Part shown: positions 27,365-37,378 of the stretch, in pieces
How the letters are laid out: each line of letters opens with the position of its first letter
How positions within the stretch are numbered: position 1 is the first letter of the stretch
Source: an uncultured bacterium
GTDB taxonomy: Bacteria > Actinomycetota > Acidimicrobiia > Spongiisociales > UBA5794
NCBI GenBank assembly: GCA_963801165.1
Contig: CAWDDT010000009.1
Coordinates: forward strand, 32,001 to 96,000
Reading direction: 5' to 3'
Length of the DNA stretch: 64,000 nt
Translations under genes and position numbers: made by a program
Notes under the pieces: generated by a model
What the model was told of the DNA's origin: nothing
The model's database searches: none
Seen by the model: only the letters and a program-made list of their open reading frames with translations

Positions 27365-27946
27365 TCACTGCTCGTCCGGTATCTGCTCGGTGTCGGGCAA
27401 AGTGGGATGCTCGGTCGGGTACAGACCGGCAACGAACCCGTAGACCGTCTCTCCGGAGCGCGGCAGCCGGCTGAAATCGTTGACGAGCTCGAAAACCCTG
27501 TCCCAGAACTCGGCGGCCCGTTCCGGCGAAATCCGTGCGTGGCGGAGGATGGCGCGTAGGTCGTCGGCTTCATGTGCGGGAACGGATGCGGCGGCGGCAA
27601 TGGTGAGGACATTGGGTAGCGTCTCCAATTGCTCCGGTTGGATCACCCCGACGTAGAAGATGCGTGCCGTGCGACCGTAGAAGCGTTCCTCGATTGCGCG
27701 CACCCGCCTCGTGCGTACAACCTTGAGGGCGTCTGCGGCGACGAGAACACCGACGTGGTAAGCGACCGTGCTCTTCGGCCGGTCTACCGCGGCAGCGAGC
27801 TCGCTGACCGTAGCCGCCCGCTCCAGGACCAACTCGAGGATCGTGCTCCTCAGTGGGTGGAAGATCGCGCTCAGCTCCCGAGACGCCGATACCACACGGA
27901 CATCCTCGAGCTCGTAATCCGGAATCTGACTATTGCCCGAAGTCAC
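27365..27946 (-). CDS. ArsR-like winged-helix regulator
   Basis: HPLRSTILELV..RAATVSELA..V....STVAYHVGVL. Confidence 0.85.
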   Translation of the reverse strand: MTSGNSQIPDYELEDVRVVSASRELSAIFHPLRSTILELVLERAATVSELAAAVDRPKSTVAYHVGVLVAADALKVVRTRRVRAIEERFYGRTARIFYVGVIQPEQLETLPNVLTIAAAASVPAHEADDLRAILRHARISPERAAEFWDRVFELVNDFSRLPRSGETVYGFVAGLYPTEHPTLPDTEQIPDEQ

Positions 27947-27967
27947 TCGATCAGTCTATTCTGTTAG

Positions 27968-27991
27968 AATGATCGAATAAAGTCGATCATT
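27968..27991. promoter_or_regulatory. Inverted-repeat operator between divergent regulator and hydrolase
   Basis: AATGATCGA-N6-TCGATCATT. Confidence 0.6.
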
Positions 27992-28009
27992 GGTCGAAAG
28001 GATGGTCTT

Positions 28010-28588
28010 GTGGCCGAAGTTCTGTTATTCCATCACGCTCAGGGTCAGACCGCGGGGTTCCTGGCGTTCGCAGACGAGTTACGTGCCGCCGGCCATACCG
28101 TGCACACGCCGGATCTGTACGAGGGTCGCGTCTTCGAGGACTTCGACGAAGGGTTGGCATACGCCGAGGAGACCGGGTTCGGCGTGCTCATCGAACGCGG
28201 AGTGCACGCGGCCGCAGGTCTTCCGAACGGTCTGGTTTACGCCGGTTTCTCCCTGGGGGTCGTGATGGCGCAGAACCTGGCTCAGACACGGCCCGGCGCA
28301 CGGGGAGCGTTGTTCTTCTATTCATGTGTTCCCGTCTCCGAGTTCGGTGAGTCTTGGCCCGCCGATGTCCCTGTCCAGATTCACGGTATGGACAACGACC
28401 CGATCTTCGTTGGGGAGGGTGACATCGACGCCGCCCGGGCCATAGTGGCCTCCGCTCCCGACGCCGAGTTGTTCCTGTATCCCGGTGATCAGCACTACTT
28501 CGCCGACTCGAGCCTTCCGTCGTATGACGCCGGCGCCACCGCCCTCCTCACCGAGCGGGTGCTCGATTTCCTGAGCCGTATCGACTGA
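28010..28588 (+). CDS. Dienelactone hydrolase family protein
   Basis: GFSLG nucleophile elbow, DP.F, YPG..HYF. Confidence 0.88.
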   Translation: MAEVLLFHHAQGQTAGFLAFADELRAAGHTVHTPDLYEGRVFEDFDEGLAYAEETGFGVLIERGVHAAAGLPNGLVYAGFSLGVVMAQNLAQTRPGARGALFFYSCVPVSEFGESWPADVPVQIHGMDNDPIFVGEGDIDAARAIVASAPDAELFLYPGDQHYFADSSLPSYDAGATALLTERVLDFLSRID

Positions 28589-28598
28589 GGCGTAGCCG

Positions 28599-29381
28599 TC
28601 ACGCGGCAGTTCTCTTGTGGAAAAGGTGGGCCGAGACTGGAATCGCGACCGCGAGGATTCCGGCGCACCACGCAATTGCATACCATGCGTTGTTGCCGAG
28701 TGGTTGGTCGAGGAGCAGCCCGCGCGCCGTTTCGATGATCGGTGTCACCGGCTGGTGGTCGGCGACCGTCCGCAGTACCACCGGCATCGTGTCGGTCGGC
28801 ACGAAGGCGCTGCTCACGTATGGCAAGAACGCCACGAAGAAAGCGAAGCCGCCGGCGGCGTCGACGTTCTTGGCCAGCAGGCCGAGGATCACCGCAAACC
28901 AGGTGATGGCGAGGACGTAGAGGGAGAGGATCGCCACCACCCCGAGCCACTGCCATGGCGACGCCAGTGGTCTGAACCCGATGGCGATGGCAACGGCGAA
29001 CACGAGTGCGGTGACAATCAGGTTCCGCACCATGCTGGCGACGACATGACCCGCAACGGCCGACGAGGGTCGAACCGGCATCGACCGGAGTCGATCCATG
29101 AAACCCTCGGTCAAATCGGCACAGACTGCGGTCGCCGTCAGGCCTGCGCCGAACCCGGCGGTGAGAAGGATGATCCCGGGTGCCACGTAGTTCACGTATC
29201 GGGTGTCGGTCCTGATAGCGCCCCCGAAGACGTAGACGAATAGGAGCAGAACCGTGACCGGTAGCGCCACCGACAGGACGAGGGCATCGGTGGATCGCAC
29301 GATATGGCGGACGCTCCGGCCGACCAGGACACGGCTATTGCGGATCAGTGAGCTTCCGGTTGCGATCCGACGCGCCGTCAT
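28599..29381 (-). CDS. ABC-2 type exporter permease (DrrB-like)
   Basis: Six TM helices; DRLRSMP, SSAFVP..TMP. Confidence 0.9.
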   Translation of the reverse strand: MTARRIATGSSLIRNSRVLVGRSVRHIVRSTDALVLSVALPVTVLLLFVYVFGGAIRTDTRYVNYVAPGIILLTAGFGAGLTATAVCADLTEGFMDRLRSMPVRPSSAVAGHVVASMVRNLIVTALVFAVAIAIGFRPLASPWQWLGVVAILSLYVLAITWFAVILGLLAKNVDAAGGFAFFVAFLPYVSSAFVPTDTMPVVLRTVADHQPVTPIIETARGLLLDQPLGNNAWYAIAWCAGILAVAIPVSAHLFHKRTAA

Positions 29382-30358
29382 ACGCGGCTCCCTTCGTGGT
29401 CAGATCTTGCGGCTGTGACCGCGAGGAACACGTCATCGAGTGTCGGCTGTGTGACGATGACGCTCTGCGGCTTCAGCTCCGAGCGACGAAGTCGATCGAG
29501 GATGTCGTGCAAGCGCCACGGGTCATCAAACCCCAGGGTCAACATCGTTCTCGCCACGTCGCTCACGACTCCGAGGTCGGCAAGCAACGCCGCGGCAGCT
29601 GCGACTCCGGCGGCGTCGGCAAATGTCAGCTCGGCGCGCTCGGCACCGATCCTTCGTTTCAGCGCCGCAGGCGTTCCTTGCGTGACCACGCGGCCGTCGT
29701 CGATGACGGCGATGCTGTCGGCTAGCAGGTCGGCCTCCTCCAGATACTGCGTGGTGAGCAGAACCGTGGTCCCCCGGCCAAGCAGGTTCCTGATGATGTT
29801 CCAGACCTTTTGCCTCGCCAGCGGGTCGAGGCCCGTTGTCGGCTCATCGAGAAACATGATCGACGGGGTCCTGACCATGCTTGCGGCCAGGTCGAGGCGA
29901 CGCTTCATTCCCCCCGAATACGTCTTGACCCGACGGTCACCGGCATCCTCGAGGCCAAGGAGAACGAGGAGTTGATCGGCTCTCCGGCGCGCCGACGTCG
30001 TATCGAGACCCAGGAGCCGTCCGACCATGACCAGGTTCTCGTGTCCGGTCAGAAGCTCATCGACCGACGTGGCCTGGCCGGTGAGACCGAATACCTCCCG
30101 TGCTCGTGCCGGGTGCTTGGTGACGTCATGGCCTCCGACCAGCACGGTGCCGCCGTCGGGCTCGAGGAGGGTCGCCAGTATCCGCACCGTTGTCGTCTTG
30201 CCCGCCCCGTTTGGGCCGAGCAGCGCCAGCATGGTGCCGGGTTCGACCTCGAAGTCGATTCCCCGCAGAACCGGCGTTTCACCGAACGACTTGATGAGCC
30301 CCGCAACGACGATGCCCGTGGTACGAGCGGTGGGGGAACGATTGGTCGCTGTCATCAT
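29378..30358 (-). CDS. ABC exporter ATP-binding subunit (DrrA-like)
   Basis: GPNGAGKT, YSGGMKRR, FLDEPTTGLDP, TTQYLEEAD. Confidence 0.93.
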   Translation of the reverse strand: MMTATNRSPTARTTGIVVAGLIKSFGETPVLRGIDFEVEPGTMLALLGPNGAGKTTTVRILATLLEPDGGTVLVGGHDVTKHPARAREVFGLTGQATSVDELLTGHENLVMVGRLLGLDTTSARRRADQLLVLLGLEDAGDRRVKTYSGGMKRRLDLAASMVRTPSIMFLDEPTTGLDPLARQKVWNIIRNLLGRGTTVLLTTQYLEEADLLADSIAVIDDGRVVTQGTPAALKRRIGAERAELTFADAAGVAAAAALLADLGVVSDVARTMLTLGFDDPWRLHDILDRLRRSELKPQSVIVTQPTLDDVFLAVTAARSDHEGSRV

Positions 30359-30370
30359 GTTGGTTATCTC

Positions 30371-30425
30371 CGTACAGACTACGATGTCGTATAGAATACG
30401 GAGTTTATACACCGTATATCATACG
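30371..30425. promoter_or_regulatory. Three CGTA-N5-TACG operator-like sites
   Basis: At 30371-30383, 30388-30400 and 30413-30425, between the divergent ABC and TetR genes. Confidence 0.6.
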
Positions 30426-30445
30426 AAGTCAAGAGACGGCAAGAG

Positions 30446-31201
30446 GTGACGATGACTGCGGAGAACGTCGGTTGGGACCCGCTTCGTGTTGAGCTGCTCT
30501 GGGGTCTCAAGGAGCCCCCGGGTCGTGGTCCCAAGCCTACGTTGACCGTCGAGCAGATTGTCAGCGCCGGCATCGATATCGCCGATACGGATGGTCTGGG
30601 CGCGCTTTCCATGCAACGGCTCGCCAAGGAACTCGGTGTCGGGACGATGACCCTGTACACCTACGTACCCGACAAGGACGCGCTGCTCGAGGTGATGCTC
30701 GATCGTGCGTACGGCGCCGCGATCAGCTCTCTGATCCCCGCCTCCGGCTGGCGCGAGTACCTCGAGCGAGTAGCGAACGCCCTCTTGCGGGCGTACCAGC
30801 TCCATCCGTGGGCCTTACAGGTTTTCGTGGGTGGTCCCCCGCTCGGCCCAAGCCAGATGCACTTTCTCGAAGCCGCCCTCCAGGCTCTCAATGGATGCGG
30901 GCTCGAACCGGCTGAGAGGCTCGATGCTGTTATGGCGGTGACCTCGTTCGTGAGGGGTGTTGCCCACATTTCTGTCGGTATTCTCGAACACGAGGCGCGC
31001 ACCGGGCTCACCGAAGACCAGCTGGCCGTTGAGCATTTCAAGGCCTACAGCCGGGTCCTCGACCCCGGGGCCTTCCCGGCGACCTTCGAGCTCCTGGCTG
31101 CTCCACCGGGCGAGACCGACGTGGCATACGACTACGGCTTCGAGTTCGGCCTGCAGCGGATACTCGATGGGATCGAAGCCCACATCGCCGCCCGAAGCTG
31201 A
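30446..31201 (+). CDS. TetR family regulator (TetR_C type)
   Basis: GPKPTLT..QIV.AGI.IAD.DGL.ALSMQRLA.ELGVGTMTLY...FEFGLQRILDG. Confidence 0.9.
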   Translation: MTMTAENVGWDPLRVELLWGLKEPPGRGPKPTLTVEQIVSAGIDIADTDGLGALSMQRLAKELGVGTMTLYTYVPDKDALLEVMLDRAYGAAISSLIPASGWREYLERVANALLRAYQLHPWALQVFVGGPPLGPSQMHFLEAALQALNGCGLEPAERLDAVMAVTSFVRGVAHISVGILEHEARTGLTEDQLAVEHFKAYSRVLDPGAFPATFELLAAPPGETDVAYDYGFEFGLQRILDGIEAHIAARS

Positions 31202-31208
31202 CCCGGGC

Positions 31209-31655
31209 TCAATCGTCTCCGACGAGCCCATCGTAGAGACGCTGCAGCATTCGATTCAGCATCGACTGCTCGTCGGGCTCCAGCAGCCCGAGGAAGGCTG
31301 ACTGGCTGATCGCGGCCTCGTGTGCGATGTCCCGGCTCACCCGGCGGCCCTGTGCGGTCAGGTGAACCTGTCTCCTGCGACCATCCAACGGGTCGACGCG
31401 CCTTTCGGCCAGGTTTCGGTCGGCCAAGCCGTCGACGATGGCGACGATGTTGCGCGGGTCGACCGCAATCAGCTCGGCAAGACGACCCTGGCCGAGCGGT
31501 CCCGCTTGCTCGAGAACCGCGAGCGCCGAGTACTGGGCCAGCGTCACACCGTGCCGGCTGAGCAGCGATGACCACGACCTCTCCGCCATGGTCCCGAGTC
31601 GGGACAGCAGGAATCCCGTCCCCTCTTTGTAGCGCGGTCGTTCAACTTTCTCCAC
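31209..31655 (-). CDS. MarR family regulator
   Basis: QYSAL..L...GP..Q..LA, DPLDGRR..V.LT..G. Confidence 0.88.
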   Translation of the reverse strand: MEKVERPRYKEGTGFLLSRLGTMAERSWSSLLSRHGVTLAQYSALAVLEQAGPLGQGRLAELIAVDPRNIVAIVDGLADRNLAERRVDPLDGRRRQVHLTAQGRRVSRDIAHEAAISQSAFLGLLEPDEQSMLNRMLQRLYDGLVGDD

Positions 31656-31673
31656 AGCGACATCTTACTTGTC

Positions 31674-31716
31674 TACATGAATCATGTATAGTATGATGTA
31701 CATAAATCATGTATAG
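31674..31716. promoter_or_regulatory. Duplicated palindromic operator (MarR-like)
   Basis: TACATGAATCATGTATAG (31674) and TACATAAATCATGTATAG (31699). Confidence 0.6.
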
Positions 31717-31732
31717 ATGGAAGGCGGATCTC

Positions 31733-32275
31733 ATGCACGGCCTGGTCATAGCTGCTCCCCGCCCCAACGGGCACAACAGCGTCAACTCATTCGTGATCGT
31801 GAGAGGTTCGGCGAGCGGGTTCATAGATTTCCTCGAGGACGTATTCGGAGCGACCGAGCGCACCGACGTGAGAACCCCGGATCGGGACGGCAGCCTGATC
31901 CATGCCGAGGTCACCCTGGGGAATGCGACCATCATGATCTGCGATTCCAAGCCGGACTGGCCGTTCACCCCGGCCTTCACCCAGGTGTACGTCGCCGACG
32001 CCCGGACGGTGCTCGACCGGGCTCGAGCCCGGGGCGCCAGTATCGTCACCCGTCTTTCGTTGTTCTACAACGGCGTCAAGCTGGCGCGGTTTCGAGATCC
32101 CTGGGGCAATCTGTGGTGGTTGTACGAACCGGTGCCGAACCAGCCGGAGACGGACTCTTCAAGCACGTCCTGGCACGATGCCGACCCGAGCTATGTGTAT
32201 ACCACTCTAATGACGGCCATGCGCTCTCTGGCACAGGGCATTGACCGCACTGACACAAGGGAGAACCCAGCGTGA
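31733..32275 (+). CDS. VOC/glyoxalase (PhnB-like) protein
   Basis: HAEVTLG, VYVAD, FRDPWGNLWW. Confidence 0.85.
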   Translation: MHGLVIAAPRPNGHNSVNSFVIVRGSASGFIDFLEDVFGATERTDVRTPDRDGSLIHAEVTLGNATIMICDSKPDWPFTPAFTQVYVADARTVLDRARARGASIVTRLSLFYNGVKLARFRDPWGNLWWLYEPVPNQPETDSSSTSWHDADPSYVYTTLMTAMRSLAQGIDRTDTRENPA

Positions 32276-32283
32276 CGTGATGT

Positions 32284-34077
32284 CTACGACGCCGGCTCGC
32301 TCTCGTACATAGCGTCGAGCCGGGCCGCGTTGTGTTGCTCCACCACCCTGCGTTTTAGCTTCAGAGATGGGGTCAGCTCGCCGGTGTCTACCTCAAACTC
32401 GGACGGAAGGATGCTGACCTTTTTGATCGTCTCGAACGACGGCAGTTTTCGATTCACGTCGTCGACGGCAGACTCGATGAGTTTGATCATCTCGGGATGT
32501 CGAGAAATGGAGGCCATATCGCCCGGCACGTTCTTGTCGTCCGCCCAGTGGGTGATGGCGTCGGGGTCGAGGGTGACCAATGCGACGCAGTACTTGCGAC
32601 GATCACCGTGGACAATCGCACTCGAGATGTACGGAGATGCCGACGTTATGAGCCCTTCGAGCTTGGCCGGGGCGATGTATTTGCCCCCTGAGGTCTTGAT
32701 CAGTTCCTTCTTGCGGTCGGTGATTCGCAGATAGCCGCGCTCGTCCAGTTCCCCGATGTCACCGGTATGCAACCAACCGTCGCGAAGTGTCGCCGCCGTC
32801 TCGTCGGGGAGACCGTGGTACCCGCGCATGATCGCCCTACTCCGGATCAAGATCTCGCCGTCGTCGGCGATGCGCACATCCGTCTCGGGGATAGGCGGAC
32901 CTACCGTGCCGAACCGGGGCGCTTCCGGCGGGTTCACGAACGTCGACGCCGATGACTCGGTCAGGCCGTAGCCCTCGAGGATGGTCATGCCCGCTGCGTC
33001 GAAGAACTCCGCCATGCTCAGCGACAGGGGCGCCGAACCGGAGATGAAGTACCGCACACGGCCCCCGAACCGGGCCCGCAGCTTGGAGAAGACGAGACGG
33101 TCGGCGAGAGCATGCTGGAGCGTTTGAAGCCGACCCTGTGGTTGTCCCCGCTGCCGTCGTCTTACCGTCTCCAGTCCGACGCCGAGCGCCCAGCGGAAGA
33201 TCACCCACCGTAGCCCGGCCTCGGCACGGACCGACGAGACCACGACGTTGTACACCTTCTCGAAGATGCGGGGAGCCGCAGCCATCAGCGTCGGGCGGAT
33301 CAAGGCGAGATTCTCGACGATCTTGTCGACCCGGCCGTCGATTGCGGTTTCGACGCCTGCGTCGATCATCAGCACCTCGATCACCTTGCCAAATGAGTGA
33401 GAAAGGGGCAGCCACAGGAAGTGGACGTCGTCGGAACGGATGATGTCCACCCGTGATCCCCCTTCCGCCGCGTACAGCCAGTTGTCGTGAGTGAGCTCGA
33501 CCCCTTTGGGTTTTCCCGTTGTGCCCGAGGTATAGATCAGGGTTGCCAGCTGGTGTGGGTCGATGCCATCGATGACGGCTTCGATGTCATCGTCAGTGCC
33601 GAGTTCGGCAAGTTGTCGAAACGACAACGCGTCTTCGGCGGTACCATCGATCACAACGAGCTTGATCGCCTGAGGTATGTCGGCGATCACTTCCCGGATC
33701 TTGGCCAGTTGCTCGGTGTTCTCGACGATCACGATGGTGGCGTTCGAGTCCGAGATGATGAAGGAGCACTCCTCGGCGACGCTCGATGGGTAGATGGCGG
33801 TCGTGGCGCCGCCGGCGGCGAGGATGCCGAGGTCGGCGACCACCCATTCGGCCCGGGTCGAGCACAGCAGTGCCACCCGGTCCTCGCTCACCACCCCGAG
33901 ACTCCTGAGACCGGCCGCTACCCGGAGCACCTGCCGGTATAGCTCGTGCCACGTCATCGATTGCCAGGCATCGCCGGCGGGGTAGCGGAGCGATATGGTT
34001 GCCGGTGTCTCGGTGGCGCGGATCCGTAGCAGATCGGGAATCGATCCGACCGACTGTCTTTGCAGGATGTGTCCCAT
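32284..34077 (-). CDS. Long-chain-fatty-acid--CoA ligase (AMP-binding)
   Basis: YTSGTTGKPKG, EGYGLTE, GWLHTGD, ELTPSLKLKR. Start could extend to 34149. Confidence 0.92.
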   Translation of the reverse strand: MGHILQRQSVGSIPDLLRIRATETPATISLRYPAGDAWQSMTWHELYRQVLRVAAGLRSLGVVSEDRVALLCSTRAEWVVADLGILAAGGATTAIYPSSVAEECSFIISDSNATIVIVENTEQLAKIREVIADIPQAIKLVVIDGTAEDALSFRQLAELGTDDDIEAVIDGIDPHQLATLIYTSGTTGKPKGVELTHDNWLYAAEGGSRVDIIRSDDVHFLWLPLSHSFGKVIEVLMIDAGVETAIDGRVDKIVENLALIRPTLMAAAPRIFEKVYNVVVSSVRAEAGLRWVIFRWALGVGLETVRRRQRGQPQGRLQTLQHALADRLVFSKLRARFGGRVRYFISGSAPLSLSMAEFFDAAGMTILEGYGLTESSASTFVNPPEAPRFGTVGPPIPETDVRIADDGEILIRSRAIMRGYHGLPDETAATLRDGWLHTGDIGELDERGYLRITDRKKELIKTSGGKYIAPAKLEGLITSASPYISSAIVHGDRRKYCVALVTLDPDAITHWADDKNVPGDMASISRHPEMIKLIESAVDDVNRKLPSFETIKKVSILPSEFEVDTGELTPSLKLKRRVVEQHNAARLDAMYESEPAS

Positions 34078-34191
34078 GTTCCTTGGCGCCGGGCTGACCA
34101 CAACGCCGGCGGCGCGTTGTGTCAACCGTACCAAGATCGGCAACGACATGAACGCCGGGCGGCGCAGCCGTCTTGCGGTGGCCGGTACCCG

Positions 34192-35640
34192 CTAGAGCTG
34201 GATCGAGGCGTAGAGCGGGAAGCGGGCCAACAGGTCGGCGCACCGCTCCCGGGACACGTCGGCGAGCCCGTTGGCGATGAGGTGCCCCGCCTTGGAGGCG
34301 GCTCCGGACGAGGTTGTGGTCGGGGTCGTGCCCCGCAATACCTCAACCACGATGTCGGCCACCTCGTCCATCTCGGCAATACCCATCCCAAGCGTGGTCA
34401 GGGCAGGTGTCCCGAGACGGATTCCCGACGTGTACCAGGCGCCGTTGGGATCGAGCGGCACCGAATTCCGGTTGGTGACCACGCCGCTCTCGAGCAGGGC
34501 CGCTTCCGCCTGACGTCCGGTCAGTCCAAAGCTCCGGGCCACATCGAGGAGGATGATGTGGTTGTCGGTTCCGTCGCTGACCAGCTTCAACCCCCGGCGT
34601 AGGAAGGAATCGGCGAGGGCGGCGGCGTTCTCCACGATCCGGTGGGCATAGTCACGGAACGACGGTTGGGACGCCTCGGCGAGGGCGACCGCCTTGGCCG
34701 CCATCATCGAGGCGATCGGGCCGCCGAGCACCATGGGGCATCCCTTGTCGACGAACTCAGCCAGGTCATCGTTGCACAGCACCATGCCGCCGCGCGGTCC
34801 CCGCAGCGACTTGTGGGTTGTGGTGGTGACGATCTGCGCATGGGGAATCGGATCGAAGTCGCCGATGAACACCTTTCCGGCTACCAACCCGGCGAAGTGG
34901 GCCATGTCGACCATCAAGGTGGCGCCGACCTCGTCTGCGATCTCCCGCATCCTGGCGAAATTGACCCTGCGGGGGTAGGCCGAGTATCCGGCGACGATGA
35001 TAAGCGGCCGGAAGTCGCTCGCGAGCCGGGCCACTTCGTCGTAGTCGAGCCGGCCGGTGACCGGGTCGGTACCGTAGGAACGCTGGTCGAAGAGCTTGCC
35101 GGAGATGTTGGCCCGGAACCCGTGCGTGAGGTGGCCGCCCGAATCTAGCGACATCCCGATCATCCTCTGATCGCCGAGCGCGGTCCGCAGCTTGGCCCAT
35201 TCCTCGTCGGAGAGGTCGTTGACGTTGCTGGCGCCGAGTCGCTCCAGTTCGGGCGCCTCGACCTCCTTGGCCAGCACCGACCAGTACGCCACCAGGTTGG
35301 CGTCGATGCCGGAGTGGGGCTGGACGTATGCGTGGTCGGCGCCGAAGAGAGCTCTCGCCAGCTCGGCGGCACGCGCTTCGACCTTGTCGACGTACTCGCA
35401 CCCGGCGTAGAACCGGTGACCCACCGTGCCTTCGGCGTATTTGTCCGATAGCCAGTTGCCCATCGCAAGCAAAGTGGCAGGGGAGGCGTAGTTCTCGCTG
35501 GCGATCAGCTTGAGCTGACGGCGCTGGTTGCCGAGCTCTCCGGCGATGGCGTCTGCGATGACCGGATCGACGGCGCGGATCACCCCGAGACCGGCGGAGA
35601 AGGGCAGTGACGGGTTGGGGGCTGGGTCTGGGCTGGGCAT
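34192..35640 (-). CDS. glyA: Serine hydroxymethyltransferase
   Basis: [49 protein letters not shown]. Confidence 0.97.
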   Translation of the reverse strand: MPSPDPAPNPSLPFSAGLGVIRAVDPVIADAIAGELGNQRRQLKLIASENYASPATLLAMGNWLSDKYAEGTVGHRFYAGCEYVDKVEARAAELARALFGADHAYVQPHSGIDANLVAYWSVLAKEVEAPELERLGASNVNDLSDEEWAKLRTALGDQRMIGMSLDSGGHLTHGFRANISGKLFDQRSYGTDPVTGRLDYDEVARLASDFRPLIIVAGYSAYPRRVNFARMREIADEVGATLMVDMAHFAGLVAGKVFIGDFDPIPHAQIVTTTTHKSLRGPRGGMVLCNDDLAEFVDKGCPMVLGGPIASMMAAKAVALAEASQPSFRDYAHRIVENAAALADSFLRRGLKLVSDGTDNHIILLDVARSFGLTGRQAEAALLESGVVTNRNSVPLDPNGAWYTSGIRLGTPALTTLGMGIAEMDEVADIVVEVLRGTTPTTTSSGAASKAGHLIANGLADVSRERCADLLARFPLYASIQL

Positions 35641-35678
35641 GGTGACTCCCTGGGACGAACGGCCGCTATTCGGTTCGA

Positions 35679-35759
35679 GCCCAGGCGCACGGCAACAGAT
35701 CCCAAGGGACCGGGCCGCTCCCTAGTGGTACTCCACCCACAACTCGCCAGTCACGGCCT
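35679..35759 (-). ncRNA. ZMP/ZTP riboswitch (pfl motif)
   Basis: Minus strand GGCCGTGACTGGCGA...GTGG..CCAC.AGGGAGCGGCC, linker, GCCGTGCGCCTGGGC, directly upstream of glyA. Confidence 0.9.
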
Positions 35760-35818
35760 CGGCGCCGAGAATAGCGTCGTATGGCCCGCAAGCCGGGGAC
35801 CTCGGGACACCCGGTCCG

Positions 35819-36691
35819 CTACCGGGCGGCGACTGCGACCCGTCCGTAGCTCACCGAGCGCACGTTCTTGATCTGGAGCCCGAGACCCTGGGCGATTGTG
35901 AGCAGATCGGCGTCTCGCAGCACGTGGAAGCCCTTGCCGGCAAGCAGATCGCTCATCTCGTCGGGTTGCCAGTGTGATCGGTGCGGTTCGTGCCGGAAGA
36001 CATCGGGCCGTCTGGTCACAAACAGCATTGCCCTGGCGAACCATCGGCCGGCCACGGCTGCGACCGCCGGCACCTGGTAGTTGACGATCAGCCTGCTTCC
36101 CTCTGCCGACCCGGCACCGATCGAGCGAAGAGTTGCTGTGACGTCCGGTTTTGTCAGGTAGGGAACGACCCCTTCCCAGATCCACGTCGTCGGCGTGTCG
36201 TTGCGGTGGCCGGCCAGCTGCAACTGCGTCTCCAGCGAATCTTGCCGGAAGTCGACGGGCACGAAGCGAACCTCACCTGCTGTCGGCTCGAGATCGCCGA
36301 TCCGGTCCCGCTTGTCGGCCTGAGATGCGGGCTGATCTACTTCGAAGACCACCGAATCCGCCAACTCCGGCATCCGCCACGCTCGCCCGTCGAGCCCGGC
36401 CCCGAGGATCACCACTTGTGGCGACGGGTGCTCTCGCACGGCGTCGTCAATTGCGACCGTGCGCGGCACCATCACTTCGGCGTTTCCCCGCATCGTCTCG
36501 TAGTCCATGCGGGCATGCCAGTCGTTCGGCTCCGTCGCGGCCCGGGCGCGCGCTACGGGCTCCATTTCATCGGGACGGAGCAACTGTTCCGCGATCGGAT
36601 CAGAGAACCGTTCGGTCGCCATGCGCCCGTGGCCAAAGGCTCGCCCCTGGCACACGAGTACCGCAGTCGTGCTCGCTTCGGTCGATTCCAT
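35819..36691 (-). CDS. SAM-dependent methyltransferase (LCM/Omt-like)
   Basis: RT..IDD, QVVILGAGLDGRAWR, FEVD.P, WIWEGV..YL. Confidence 0.9.
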   Translation of the reverse strand: MESTEASTTAVLVCQGRAFGHGRMATERFSDPIAEQLLRPDEMEPVARARAATEPNDWHARMDYETMRGNAEVMVPRTVAIDDAVREHPSPQVVILGAGLDGRAWRMPELADSVVFEVDQPASQADKRDRIGDLEPTAGEVRFVPVDFRQDSLETQLQLAGHRNDTPTTWIWEGVVPYLTKPDVTATLRSIGAGSAEGSRLIVNYQVPAVAAVAGRWFARAMLFVTRRPDVFRHEPHRSHWQPDEMSDLLAGKGFHVLRDADLLTIAQGLGLQIKNVRSVSYGRVAVAAR

Positions 36692-36782
36692 GGGACTGAG
36701 TCTGGTACTGATCGCGCAGCCGGCACGACGCATCGATGCGAACGTCGGTAGGTTTTGATCCGGTCAACGGAAAGGAATCACC

Positions 36783-37253
36783 ATGACCGCTTCACCAATC
36801 CCTGATGGCATGCACTCGGTCACACCGTCGCTGACGTGCACCCCGTGCGCCGATGCCATCGAGTTCTACAAGAAGGCCTTTGGTGCCGAAGAGATCGTGC
36901 CTCGAATGGCCGACGCCGACGGGGTGGTCGCCCACGCCGAGATGCGCATCGGCGACAGCGTGATCATGCTGGGTGACGAGTGGCCGGACGGCCCCACCAA
37001 ATCTCCCAGCACTCTGGGCGGATCAACCATGGCGCTTTTCGTCTACACGGACGACGTCGACTCCCTCTGGGCGCGAGCCCTGCACGCCGGTGCCGAGGTT
37101 GTTTTCCCTCTCGAGGTCCAGTTCTACGGTGACAAGGGAGGCAGGTTGCGTGATCCGTTCGGGCATACGTGGGGTCTCGCCCAGCACATCGAAGATGTGA
37201 GTCCCGAGGAGATGGAGCGGCGGATGGCCACCTTCTACACCGAGCAGAGCTGA
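36783..37253 (+). CDS. VOC/glyoxalase (PhnB-like) protein
   Basis: AIEFYKKAFGA, HAEMRIGDS, LRDPFGH.W. Confidence 0.92.
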   Translation: MTASPIPDGMHSVTPSLTCTPCADAIEFYKKAFGAEEIVPRMADADGVVAHAEMRIGDSVIMLGDEWPDGPTKSPSTLGGSTMALFVYTDDVDSLWARALHAGAEVVFPLEVQFYGDKGGRLRDPFGHTWGLAQHIEDVSPEEMERRMATFYTEQS

Positions 37254-37378
37254 GCCAACAAAGAACGAACCATCCAGTCGAGTGCGTTTCGTTCGCTTCG
37301 CAGAGCAAAGGGCGATTTCCCCTATCGCTAGCCACCACGGTCGTGACATGATGATGGCGTCAGCAAGAAGGGTATCTG

